From NCBI GenBank assembly GCA_021781955.1, contig JAJXVV010000001.1, positions 95,519 to 159,518 of the forward strand: a DNA stretch of 64,000 bases. The letters are read 5' to 3'. The position numbers and the translations under genes were made by a program. A model generated the notes under the pieces. It was not told the origin of the DNA. It was given only the letters and a program-made list of their open reading frames with translations, and did no database searches. Below, in pieces: positions 49,223 to 57,893 of this stretch. Position 1 is the first letter of the stretch, and each line of letters opens with the position of its first letter. Source of the stretch: a bacterium (GTDB lineage: Bacteria > Patescibacteriota > Minisyncoccia > Phycocordibacterales > UBA2100).

Positions 49223-49819
49223 CTAGAGGTCTTCCTGGACGAACCGGGCGTAGAGATAGCGCACGAAGGCGATAAAGGCCGCCGTGGCCAGGACGAAGAG
49301 TCCGAGCACTGACAGCTTGCCGAGGACGCCGTTGACCTGGTCGTAGAGCTGGCTGAAGAGGATGCCGATGCCAATGAGCGATCCCGTCCAGATGCCTTCG
49401 CCGATCGCGTTGAAGAGCACGTAGCGTGAGAACGAAATGCGCGACAGGCCGGCGGTGAAGAGCGTGACAACGGCAAGGCCGAGGCCGTTCGTCACTTTGG
49501 AGAGGATGAGGATGCGGCTGTCGTGGCGGTTGAATATGTGCTTGACCGTCTCGATCTTCGCTTCGGTCATGCCGAAGTAGCGGCCGAAGCGGCGCGCGAA
49601 GCGGTCGCCGAAATGGTAGCCGATGTAGTACCACATGATATCGCCAAGGACGGCGCCGCTGACGACTGCGAGGTAGGCGGGGAGGAGATCGAAGTAGCCG
49701 TAACGGATGAGGACGCCGGTCAGGAGCGCGACGGCCGGTTGCGTAATGAACGCGAGCGGGACGAGCGCGGCGTAGCGGTACTGCAGGATGAGCGCTGCCA
49801 GGTGTGACGACGGGACCAT
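49223..49819 (-). CDS. DedA family membrane protein
   Basis: GAVLGDIMWYYIG, RFGRYFG, F.RH, AGLSRISF.RY...N. Confidence 0.88.
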   Translation of the reverse strand: MVPSSHLAALILQYRYAALVPLAFITQPAVALLTGVLIRYGYFDLLPAYLAVVSGAVLGDIMWYYIGYHFGDRFARRFGRYFGMTEAKIETVKHIFNRHDSRILILSKVTNGLGLAVVTLFTAGLSRISFSRYVLFNAIGEGIWTGSLIGIGILFSQLYDQVNGVLGKLSVLGLFVLATAAFIAFVRYLYARFVQEDL

Positions 49820-49853
49820 GTTCCGATAGTATACTACCTTGCATCCCTCTGCC

Positions 49854-50549
49854 ATGAACGCTTCCGACCAATCGCCCGCCCGTGGATCATTCGTACGCGA
49901 ATTCGCTGCGCGGTATAGCGCGGCCTTTTCCCGGCGAGGCTTCGTGAGCGATCTTGCGGTCGCCATGCTCGGCTTTTGTGCGGCGGTCGTCATCTCGTTC
50001 TACGCGATCGCCTACGCGACTGAGCGTGCGAGCAACCCCGTCACCGACATCGTCCTCTCCAATACGCCCACCGTGAACCTCGACGGCGTGTTCGCGGTTG
50101 CGACCCTGCTCCTCATTACGAGTGTGGTCGCCGTACTGTTGTACGATCCGAAACGCATCCCGTTCTCGCTCAACGCGCTCACGCTCTTCTTCATTATCCG
50201 CTCGGGGTTCATCTCGCTCACGCACATCGGCCCCTACCCGTCGCTGCCGCCCGACGAGAATTGGAGCGGGCTCACGCGTCATTTCCTGTTCGGCGGCGAC
50301 CTGTTCTTCTCGGGGCATGTCGGTACGCCGTTCTTGCTCGCGCTCATGTTCTGGCGGCAACGCACGGTGCGCGTATTCTTCCTCACCTGGTCGGTCGTCA
50401 TGGCGGTCATCGTGCTTTTGGGTCACCTGCACTATTCGATCGATGTCGCCTCCGCCTACTTCATCACGTATACCATCTTCGTGCTCGCCGAGCGTTTTTT
50501 CCCGGACACCCGGGCCCTTTTCTTTGGCGGGACGGTTCCCGCGAAATAG
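49854..50549 (+). CDS. PAP2-superfamily phosphotransferase, sphingomyelin-synthase-like
   Basis: V.DIVL..P, IRS..I.LT, GDLFFSGH, HLHYSIDV. Confidence 0.78.
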   Translation: MNASDQSPARGSFVREFAARYSAAFSRRGFVSDLAVAMLGFCAAVVISFYAIAYATERASNPVTDIVLSNTPTVNLDGVFAVATLLLITSVVAVLLYDPKRIPFSLNALTLFFIIRSGFISLTHIGPYPSLPPDENWSGLTRHFLFGGDLFFSGHVGTPFLLALMFWRQRTVRVFFLTWSVVMAVIVLLGHLHYSIDVASAYFITYTIFVLAERFFPDTRALFFGGTVPAK

Positions 50550-50552
50550 CAT

Positions 50553-51041
50553 ATGGAGGCGAGAGAGCCGAAGGTCGAACGTGGGCTGTACGAGCTTTTC
50601 GAGATCAGCGTCATTCTGAAGGGGCTGGACGCGCTTTTGGAGATTGTCGTAGGCATCGCGCTCTTTTTCGTGAATATACCCAACCTTGTGCAGTCGCTCG
50701 TGCAAACCGAGATCATTGAGGACCCCAACGATTTCATTGCGACGCACATCCAGGCGCTCGCTGGCACGCTCTCGCCGCAAGTGCAGACCTACGGCGCGCT
50801 CTACCTGCTCGCGCACGGCGTCATCAAAGTGGTCGTTGTGATCGGGCTCCTGCGCCGCTCCCGCTGGGCTTACCCGGCCGCGCTCGCGGTCTTCGCGCTC
50901 TTCATCGCGTATCAGACCATCAAGTTCATCGGCACGCATTCCATTCCGCTCCTCCTGCTCGACATCTTCGATATCCTGCTCGTGTGGCTCGTGTACCACG
51001 AATACCGCCGCATGACGCGCGAAGGCGGGTTTCGCCGCTGA
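50553..51041 (+). CDS. DUF2127-like membrane protein
   Basis: LKGLDALLE, EDPNDFIA, YLLAHGVIK, WAYP, HEY. Confidence 0.8.
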   Translation: MEAREPKVERGLYELFEISVILKGLDALLEIVVGIALFFVNIPNLVQSLVQTEIIEDPNDFIATHIQALAGTLSPQVQTYGALYLLAHGVIKVVVVIGLLRRSRWAYPAALAVFALFIAYQTIKFIGTHSIPLLLLDIFDILLVWLVYHEYRRMTREGGFRR

Positions 51042-51063
51042 CGCGGTCTGGTACACTACGAGC

Positions 51064-51447
51064 ATGGACGCGCTTGATTCGAACTTGCAAATGGCATCTG
51101 TTCCAGCGACCTGTCCCACATGCCATCGACCGGTCGAGCCGACCTTCTACTTCTGCCCGAATTGTGGCACCTCGCTCAAGCCCGCGCCGCTGCCTACGAC
51201 GCCGCTCGCGCAGACGCTCGTGTACGCGCACAGCGTCGCTTTGCCGATGTTGCTTTTCATTACGATAGGGCAGTGGCGCGGGCATCGCTACTACAAATCG
51301 GCCGACGACACCGAGCACGCGATCGGCGTCGTCGCCTGGACGCTCCTCATCCTCTCGACCGTCCTCAGCATCTGGCTCGCCTGGGTCGGCACCCAGATGG
51401 CGATACAGTCTTCCGTCGCGCAGATCAACGCGGACATGTCGATCTAG
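51064..51447 (+). CDS. Zinc-ribbon membrane protein
   Basis: CPTCH...FCPNCG then two TM helices. Confidence 0.8.
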   Translation: MDALDSNLQMASVPATCPTCHRPVEPTFYFCPNCGTSLKPAPLPTTPLAQTLVYAHSVALPMLLFITIGQWRGHRYYKSADDTEHAIGVVAWTLLILSTVLSIWLAWVGTQMAIQSSVAQINADMSI

Positions 51448-51515
51448 CGCGGGCCCCCAGTTAGGGGTGTATACTTTCCCTAAGCATTACCAGACCCACA
51501 TCTCGTTAGCGTTCT

Positions 51516-52394
51516 ATGGATATCGAGAAAAAGGAATTGCATATCGTTCCGCCGCGGCGGATCGAGCAGGCTGCGATCTTCGCGCTCATCATGCTCGGCG
51601 TGTTCCTCGTCAGCCTCACGATTGGGCAGATCAAGGGGCTTGCCTACATCGGTGCCGGCATCGCGCCGACCAACACCGTCTCCGTGTCCGGCGAGGGTGA
51701 CATCTTCGCCATTCCGGACACGGCCACCTTTACCTACGCGGTGACCGAGAACGCGAAGGACGTGACGGGTGCGCAGACCGCCGCAGCGAACGCGAGCAAC
51801 GCCATTATCGGCTACCTCAAGGGGCAGGGCATCGCCGACACCGACATTCAAACGATCGACTACAGCATTTCCCCGCACTACGACTACCAAGGCGGCGTGT
51901 GTGCGCCGCAGCCGCTCATGTACAACGGCGCGAGCGCGAGCGTTTCTGGCAGCGCGAATTCCGTGGTGGTACCTAGCACCATATCCTGCCCGCCGGGCAA
52001 GCAGGTCATCACCGGCTACGACGTGTCGCAGACGGTCTCGGTAAAAGTGCACGACCTCACCAAAGCGGGGGACATCCTCACCGGCGTCGGCAGCAAGGGC
52101 GCGACCAGCGTGAGCGGGCTTTCGCTCGCCGTCTCCAATCAAGACGCGCTCACCATTCAGGCGCGCACCAAAGCGATCACCGACGCGCAGAACAAAGCGC
52201 AGGAGCTCGCCAAAGAGCTCGGCGTGCGCCTTGGCCCCATCGTTGGTTACAGCGAGGGCGGTGGCGGGCCGATCTACTACGCCAAGGCGATGAGCATGGC
52301 AGCCGGCTCGTCAGCAATCGCGCCCTCGCCCGCGATTCCCGCCGGCCAAAACAAGATCACCTCCACGGTGACCATCACGTACGAAATAGAGTAA
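51516..52394 (+). CDS. SIMPL (DUF541) domain protein
   Basis: VSVSGEG...PDTA, DIQT..YSISP.Y, AI.DA..KA..LA..LG, V..TYEI. Confidence 0.88.
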   Translation: MDIEKKELHIVPPRRIEQAAIFALIMLGVFLVSLTIGQIKGLAYIGAGIAPTNTVSVSGEGDIFAIPDTATFTYAVTENAKDVTGAQTAAANASNAIIGYLKGQGIADTDIQTIDYSISPHYDYQGGVCAPQPLMYNGASASVSGSANSVVVPSTISCPPGKQVITGYDVSQTVSVKVHDLTKAGDILTGVGSKGATSVSGLSLAVSNQDALTIQARTKAITDAQNKAQELAKELGVRLGPIVGYSEGGGGPIYYAKAMSMAAGSSAIAPSPAIPAGQNKITSTVTITYEIE

Positions 52395-52420
52395 GCGGTG
52401 TTGGTTATCCACAGATTTTT

Positions 52421-52439
52421 ACAGAGGACCGTCCTCTGT
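52421..52439. repeat. 19-bp palindrome ACAGAGGACCGTCCTCTGT, copy 2
   Basis: Inverted copy of 42866-42884; perfect DnaA box TTATCCACA at 52405-52413. Confidence 0.85.
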
Positions 52440-52452
52440 ATTTGAGGGGCGC

Positions 52453-52480
52453 TTGACTTCCGGCCGAAGCGGAGTACGAT
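52453..52480 (+). promoter_or_regulatory. Probable sigma70 promoter of secE-nusG-rplK
   Basis: TTGACT 52453-58, 16 nt, TACGAT 52475-80. Confidence 0.55.
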
Positions 52481-52536
52481 GCTCTCCATCACCGCCGCGA
52501 GGCGGTTTTAAAATGGCTAATTTAGAGTGATATCGT

Positions 52537-52881
52537 ATGGCAGGCATCGGACAGTACCTCAAAGAGACCCGCGCCGAACTCCGGCATGTCGCGTGGCCGA
52601 CCCAAACACAGACCATCGTCTACACGGTCCTCGTCGCAGCGATCTCGATCGGCGTCGCCGTCTACCTCGGCCTCTTCGACTTCATCTTCACGACCGGCCT
52701 CACGCGCCTCATCTCCGCGATGCCGCAGGGCGCGAGCGCGCCTGCCACGCTGCCCGTATCGAGCACGGGCAACACGACCGGAAGCTCGAACGCTCCGCTG
52801 ATCCAAGGCGCGCCGATCCAGATCGTTCCGACCGCTCCCTCGACGAACTCGTCGCAAGGGGGTTCAACGAATACCAAATAA
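52537..52881 (+). CDS. secE: Preprotein translocase SecE with low-complexity C-terminal tail
   Basis: YLKETRAELRHVAWPT, single TM, GLFD; upstream of nusG. Confidence 0.92.
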   Translation: MAGIGQYLKETRAELRHVAWPTQTQTIVYTVLVAAISIGVAVYLGLFDFIFTTGLTRLISAMPQGASAPATLPVSSTGNTTGSSNAPLIQGAPIQIVPTAPSTNSSQGGSTNTK

Positions 52882-52886
52882 ACCAT

Positions 52887-53429
52887 ATGAAACAAACGCA
52901 CGGTTCAGAACGACAGTGGTATGCGGTGCACACGTACTCGGGCTACGAGGATGCGGTCGCGCGCAATCTCAAGCAGCGCATCGATTCGTTCGGCATGAAA
53001 GACAAGGTCTTCCAGGTGGTCGTGCCGGTCGAGAAGAAGATTAAAATAAAGAATGGCCGCAAGACCGAGGTGCGCGAGAAGACTTTTCCCGGCTACGTGC
53101 TTGTGGACATGATCGCGTCCGACGACGCGTGGAGCGTCGTGCGCAACACGCCGCAAGTTACCGGGTTTGTCGGAACCGCCAATCAGGCAGTGCCGCTTTC
53201 GCAGGATGAGGTGGACAAGATCCTCAAGCGCGCCGGCGGCGACACCGTGCGCCACGCCATCGATCTCGGCGAGGGCGACGCGGTCATCATCGTCGACGGC
53301 CCCTTCAAAGATCTCGAGGGAAAGGTGGGGGAGATTGACGAAGAGCGCGGAAAGGTTAAGGTATTAGTCCCGATGTTCGGCCGCGAAACTCCGGTCGAGC
53401 TCGAGGCTGACCAAGTGCAGCGAGTCTAA
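52887..53429 (+). CDS. nusG: Transcription factor NusG
   Basis: [45 protein letters not shown]. Confidence 0.97.
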   Translation: MKQTHGSERQWYAVHTYSGYEDAVARNLKQRIDSFGMKDKVFQVVVPVEKKIKIKNGRKTEVREKTFPGYVLVDMIASDDAWSVVRNTPQVTGFVGTANQAVPLSQDEVDKILKRAGGDTVRHAIDLGEGDAVIIVDGPFKDLEGKVGEIDEERGKVKVLVPMFGRETPVELEADQVQRV

Positions 53430-53470
53430 CCTTTACCCCAACATCTTTAACCGGTAATCTATCTCTACGT

Positions 53471-53893
53471 ATGGCAAAAGAAATCACCAAGATGATCAAA
53501 TTGCAGATTGCGGCAGGTGCCGCGACGCCGGCGCCGCCAGTGGGTACCGCGCTCGGTCCTGCGGGAGTCAACATCGGCGAGTTCGTGAAGCAGTTCAACG
53601 ATCAGACGCGTCCCCTGATGGGCAACACGTTGCCGGTGGTGCTCACCGTCTACAAGGATCGCTCGTTCACGTTCATCGTGAAGAAGCCGCCGGCCTCGCG
53701 CGCTATCTTGAAGAAGCTCGGCATCGAGAAAGGATCCACCAAGCCGCAGAACAAGGTCGCCAAACTCTCCAAGCAGCAGCTTACGGAGCTCGCGCAGGAA
53801 AAAATGGAGGACCTCAACACGCCGGATCTCGAGAAAGCGAAGAAGGTCATCGCCGGCACTGCGCGTTCTATGGGCATCGACGCAGAAATGTAA
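53471..53893 (+). CDS. rplK: 50S ribosomal protein L11
   Basis: [29 protein letters not shown]. Confidence 0.97.
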   Translation: MAKEITKMIKLQIAAGAATPAPPVGTALGPAGVNIGEFVKQFNDQTRPLMGNTLPVVLTVYKDRSFTFIVKKPPASRAILKKLGIEKGSTKPQNKVAKLSKQQLTELAQEKMEDLNTPDLEKAKKVIAGTARSMGIDAEM

Positions 53894-53914
53894 TTCTCGC
53901 AAATAAGGAAAAAG

Positions 53915-53945
53915 AAAAGCGGCCGCGTCATACGCGGCCGCTTTT
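53915..53945 (+). terminator. Intrinsic terminator after rplK
   Basis: AAAAGCGGCCGCGT-CAT-ACGCGGCCGCTTTT perfect 14-bp stem. Confidence 0.85.
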
Positions 53946-53978
53946 GTATTAGGTGCGCCGCGCGGTACTATGTCTCGC

Positions 53979-55652
53979 ATGGATATCCGATGGCGATTGC
54001 GGGAAGCGCTCGAAAATGCGCTGCGTGATGTGGGTCTCGATATGCCGTTGATCCACATTCCGACACTTGAGCATCCCGCTGAACTCGCTCACGGTGACTA
54101 TTCGTCCAATGTTGGTTTACAGTATGCTAAGGACGCAAAAGCATCGCCAAGTACTCTCGCGGCGAAGCTCGTTGCGGCGTTCGGTGCGATCGAGGGCATA
54201 TCAAAAATTGAGATTGCCGGACCCGGGTTCATCAACTTCTACTTGGCGCCAGAAACCATCGCCGCATCCATAGAACAGGCACGCAGCGATGAGAAATGGG
54301 GGAGCAACATTGCGCTGAAAGATATTAGAATAATGGTCGAGTACACCGACCCCAATCCGTTCAAGGAGTTCCACATCGGCCATCTCATGAGCAACGCGAT
54401 AGGAGAGTCCATTTCGCGCCTGCTTGAATATTCCGGTGCCGATGTGAAGCGCGCCAACTATCAGGGCGACGTGGGTCCGCACGTCGCGAAAGCGATTTGG
54501 GGAATACGAAAGCTGAATGCGGACCCGCATGATCCGTCGCAGCTTGGCCGCGCGTATGCGATCGGCGCGCAAGCGTACGAGAACGACCCTGCGGCGGAAG
54601 CGGACGTCGACGCTATCAACGCGAAAGTCTATGACCGCTCCGATACTGCGATAAACGAATTGTATGCCGCAGGTCGTGCCGCGTCGCTTGAGCATTTCGA
54701 AGAGCTGTATCGTACGCTCGGGACGAGATTCGACCGCTACTTTTTTGAGAGCGAAACAGGCCCGCGCGGCATCGCGCTCGTGCAAGCGCACCCAGAAGTG
54801 TTCGAGAAAAGCGACGGCGCGATCGTGTACAAGGGCGAGAAGGCCGGTCTGCACACACGCGTGTTCGTCACCTCGAAAGGGCTGCCGACGTACGAAGCGA
54901 AAGAGCTTGGCCTCGCCGAGTTGAAGCTGGAGGCGTGGCCTGCCGACGAGTCGATAACGGTGACCGCGCACGAGCAGTCGGACTACTTCGCGGTCGTCGT
55001 TGCGGCGATGAAAGAATTCATGCCCGATGTCGCGAAGCATATTCATCATGTGCCGCACGGCATGATGCGGTTCGCGAGCGGCAAGATGTCGTCGCGCACC
55101 GGCGACGTGATAACGGGCGAATCATTGCTCAACGAATTGCAGGCGACCGCCAAAGAGCGCGCGGCGGAGAGTCGCGCGGACGATATCGGAAAGCTCTCGG
55201 AGCAGATCGCGGTCGCGGCCATCAAGTATCAGGTGCTGCGGCAGGCATCGCACAAGGACATCATCTTCGATCGCGAACGCGCGCTATCGCTTGAGGGCGA
55301 CTCCGGACCGTACCTGCAGTATGCGCACGCACGCGCGTGTGCGGTAGCGGCGAAAGCACAGGAGCAGAGCGTCGAACCAAGGGCGAGCGGAGGAGTAGAG
55401 CCAAGCCATCTCGCGCGGCTGATCCAGCGCTTTCCTGAAATAGTCGAGTACTCAGCTTCGGAACTTGAGCCGCACCTCGTGACCACCTACCTGCTCGAGA
55501 TCGCCTCAGCGTTCAATAGCTGGTACGCGCAGGAGCAGATCGTGGACGGCACCCCGGCGGCGGCGCACAAGGTCGCGCTTACCGAAGCGGTGCGTCGCAC
55601 GCTCAAGAACGGACTTTGGGTACTTGGGATTCCTGCGCCGGAGAAGATGTAG
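53979..55652 (+). CDS. argS: Arginine--tRNA ligase
   Basis: HGDYSSN, GPGFINF, PNPFKEFHIGH, KMSSRTG, GDSGPYLQYAHAR; ATG 53970 is an alternative start. Confidence 0.96.
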   Translation: MDIRWRLREALENALRDVGLDMPLIHIPTLEHPAELAHGDYSSNVGLQYAKDAKASPSTLAAKLVAAFGAIEGISKIEIAGPGFINFYLAPETIAASIEQARSDEKWGSNIALKDIRIMVEYTDPNPFKEFHIGHLMSNAIGESISRLLEYSGADVKRANYQGDVGPHVAKAIWGIRKLNADPHDPSQLGRAYAIGAQAYENDPAAEADVDAINAKVYDRSDTAINELYAAGRAASLEHFEELYRTLGTRFDRYFFESETGPRGIALVQAHPEVFEKSDGAIVYKGEKAGLHTRVFVTSKGLPTYEAKELGLAELKLEAWPADESITVTAHEQSDYFAVVVAAMKEFMPDVAKHIHHVPHGMMRFASGKMSSRTGDVITGESLLNELQATAKERAAESRADDIGKLSEQIAVAAIKYQVLRQASHKDIIFDRERALSLEGDSGPYLQYAHARACAVAAKAQEQSVEPRASGGVEPSHLARLIQRFPEIVEYSASELEPHLVTTYLLEIASAFNSWYAQEQIVDGTPAAAHKVALTEAVRRTLKNGLWVLGIPAPEKM

Positions 55653-55668
55653 GTGATACACTTTCGCG

Positions 55669-57267
55669 ATGCGGCAGGACGAAGCGCTCGAAATTCTCAA
55701 GACCGGCCTCAACGTATTCCTCACGGGCGAGCCGGGCGCCGGCAAGACGCACACGATCGACCGCTACGTACAGTGGTTGCGCGAGCGCGGCGTCGAGGTC
55801 GCCGTTACCGCCTCGACCGGCATCGCGGCCTCGCATCTGGGCGGCATGACCATCCATTCCTGGAGCGGCATCGGGGTAAAGCGCGACGTATCCGACTACG
55901 ATATCGAGCTTATCCGGAGCAAAGAGAAGGTCGCGCGGCGCATCGTCGCCGCGAAAGCACTCATCATCGACGAGATCTCGATGCTCGACGCGTGCACGCT
56001 CGACTCGGTCGATCGCGTATTGCGCACGCTGCGTCGTCGGCCGCTCATGCCGGAGGAGCCCTTCGGGGGCTTGCAGGTCGTCTTCGTCGGAGATTTTTTC
56101 CAGTTGCCGCCGGTCTCGAAAGGGGAACGGCTCGAGTTCGCGTTCACCTCGCGCGCGTGGAAGGAGGCGCGCCCCATCATCTGTTACCTTGCGGAACAAC
56201 ATCGGCAAGAGGACGCTGAATTCCTCGATCTCCTCTCCGCGATGCGGCACGGCACGCTCACGCCGCGACATCGCGCGCGTTTGCGGTCGCGCATGCAGGC
56301 CGACGCTCCCGCCACGGGCGCGGCCAGGCTTTTTACGCACAATGAGAACGTGGATCGCATCAACGCGCAGGCGCTCGGCAAGCTTTCGACGCCGCTCCAC
56401 GTGTTCTCGATGACTGCCCGCGGCCCCAAACAGTTGGTCGAACCGCTCAAGGCGCAATGTCTTTCGCCGGAGGCGCTCGAGCTCAAGGAGGGCGCTGCGG
56501 TCATGTTCACCCGTAATAATTTCGATGCGGGCTATGTGAACGGCACGCTCGCCGAGGTGACCGGCTTCTCCGCGCTCGGCGCGCCGATTGTTCGTACGCG
56601 TGACGGCCGTACGATAGAGGTCGAGCAGGCGGAATGGTCCATACAAGATGGTTCGAGACTGCTCGCGCGGCTCACCCAAGTGCCACTGCGCCTCGCTTGG
56701 GCCATTACCGTGCACAAGAGCCAGGGGCTCTCGCTCGACGCGGCGGTTATCGATCTTTCGCAAGCCTTTGAGTACGGCCAGGGCTATGTAGCGCTCTCGC
56801 GCGTGCGCTCGCTCGAAGGCCTCTACCTCGAAGGTCTCAACGAACGTGCGCTCGAATTGCACCCCACGGTCGCCGCAGCCGACCGGCATTTCCGCGCGTA
56901 TTCCGAGACCGCCCGCAACAAGTTCGCCGCATTGCCACGGGCCGAGAAGGACAAGCTCCACCGGAATTTCTTGCGCGCTATCGAGGCGAAGGAGCCGCCA
57001 CCGACCTCGGGCGGGCACATCAATGTGCCCAAACGGACACTCGATGAACTGAAGGCGAAGCACCCGAACGCGGGTAAAGCGTGGAACAAGGAGGACGACG
57101 AAACATTGCGCCGATTGTTCGCCGATGGCACGGCCCACAAGGACATCGCCAAACATTTCGGCCGCAAGCCGTCGGCCATCCGCGCGCGCCTCGGCCACCT
57201 CGGACTCGTTGAGGACTACTGGGCGAAGAAACGGAAGCGCGACGCATCGCGCCTATCGGCGAGGTGA
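55669..57267 (+). CDS. Pif1-family helicase with C-terminal HTH
   Basis: GEPGAGKT, TIHSWSG, IIDEISM, GDFFQLPPV, AWAITVHKSQG, YVALSR. Confidence 0.92.
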   Translation: MRQDEALEILKTGLNVFLTGEPGAGKTHTIDRYVQWLRERGVEVAVTASTGIAASHLGGMTIHSWSGIGVKRDVSDYDIELIRSKEKVARRIVAAKALIIDEISMLDACTLDSVDRVLRTLRRRPLMPEEPFGGLQVVFVGDFFQLPPVSKGERLEFAFTSRAWKEARPIICYLAEQHRQEDAEFLDLLSAMRHGTLTPRHRARLRSRMQADAPATGAARLFTHNENVDRINAQALGKLSTPLHVFSMTARGPKQLVEPLKAQCLSPEALELKEGAAVMFTRNNFDAGYVNGTLAEVTGFSALGAPIVRTRDGRTIEVEQAEWSIQDGSRLLARLTQVPLRLAWAITVHKSQGLSLDAAVIDLSQAFEYGQGYVALSRVRSLEGLYLEGLNERALELHPTVAAADRHFRAYSETARNKFAALPRAEKDKLHRNFLRAIEAKEPPPTSGGHINVPKRTLDELKAKHPNAGKAWNKEDDETLRRLFADGTAHKDIAKHFGRKPSAIRARLGHLGLVEDYWAKKRKRDASRLSAR

Positions 57268-57451
57268 AATTTTTCTTGGATGTGGTGTGTATATCTGGTA
57301 TCCGCTCATCGAGAAACCGCAGTGAAGGGAGTAGGTAAAGTGGACGCTGACACAAGAAGAAAGATCGGAACTCTGCCCGCCAACGCCACTCATTGAAATG
57401 CTCCCCGTTCTTCAAACGGCGGCGTAAGCTTTCACAGAAACGGAGGTTCGA

Positions 57452-57691
57452 ATGGATCCGAAAAAAGCACGGCAATTCCAGCTGCTCGCAGAAATGAAAG
57501 GCTTGTACGCGAAGTGCGGCCCAGACGAGGATAGGACGGTCCGCATCTTGCAAACAGGCGGTAAGGTTTTCGCGAGCGTATCACAAGCGGCAGGCGGCAC
57601 ATTCGAGATCGTGATCGGAAACAAAACGCATACGGAACCAGACTTTCCCAAGTGTTTTGACAAGCTCTGCGACGCGCTCGACGGTTTTTAG
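57452..57691 (+). CDS. Small hypothetical protein (79 aa)
   Basis: GGAGG SD at 57442-46, own downstream terminator. Confidence 0.6.
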   Translation: MDPKKARQFQLLAEMKGLYAKCGPDEDRTVRILQTGGKVFASVSQAAGGTFEIVIGNKTHTEPDFPKCFDKLCDALDGF

Positions 57692-57712
57692 AGCACGCGG
57701 TCGTTCTTTCGG

Positions 57713-57749
57713 AACCTGCTGCGGATGATTCCGTGGCAGGTTTTCTTTT
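57713..57749 (+). terminator. Intrinsic terminator
   Basis: AACCTGCTGCGGA-TGAT-TCCGTGGCAGGTT followed by TTCTTTT. Confidence 0.8.
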
Positions 57750-57893
57750 CGCATACCTCTTGGCGGTTTGTGACGTATCCGGGGGAACGCGTCTTGCCCG
57801 ACGAGCTCGATCGAGATCATCGAGGCCAGACGTCGAAAGGTCGGGCGTGCTCCCGCGCTGTGATTTTATGGCCGAAGTGCTATAGTTTTGCGC

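Noticed and set aside
48444-49871. 475-aa GT2 with long N-terminus, plus extended starts for ECF sigma, nusG, trmH, tsaE and rpsT in the ORF track
   Set aside because: Extensions overlap genuine neighbouring genes or lie upstream of family-typical starts and -10 boxes
57316-57800. T-box riboswitch for ileS (GCAGTGAAGGGAGTAG start; GGGGGAACGCG)
   Set aside because: No proper AGGGTGGnACCGCG T-box; an ORF and terminator intervene; ileS has its own -10 box
57798-57845. Hammerhead-like CCGACGAG...CGAAA
   Set aside because: Core should be CUGAnGA and the stems do not fit the topology
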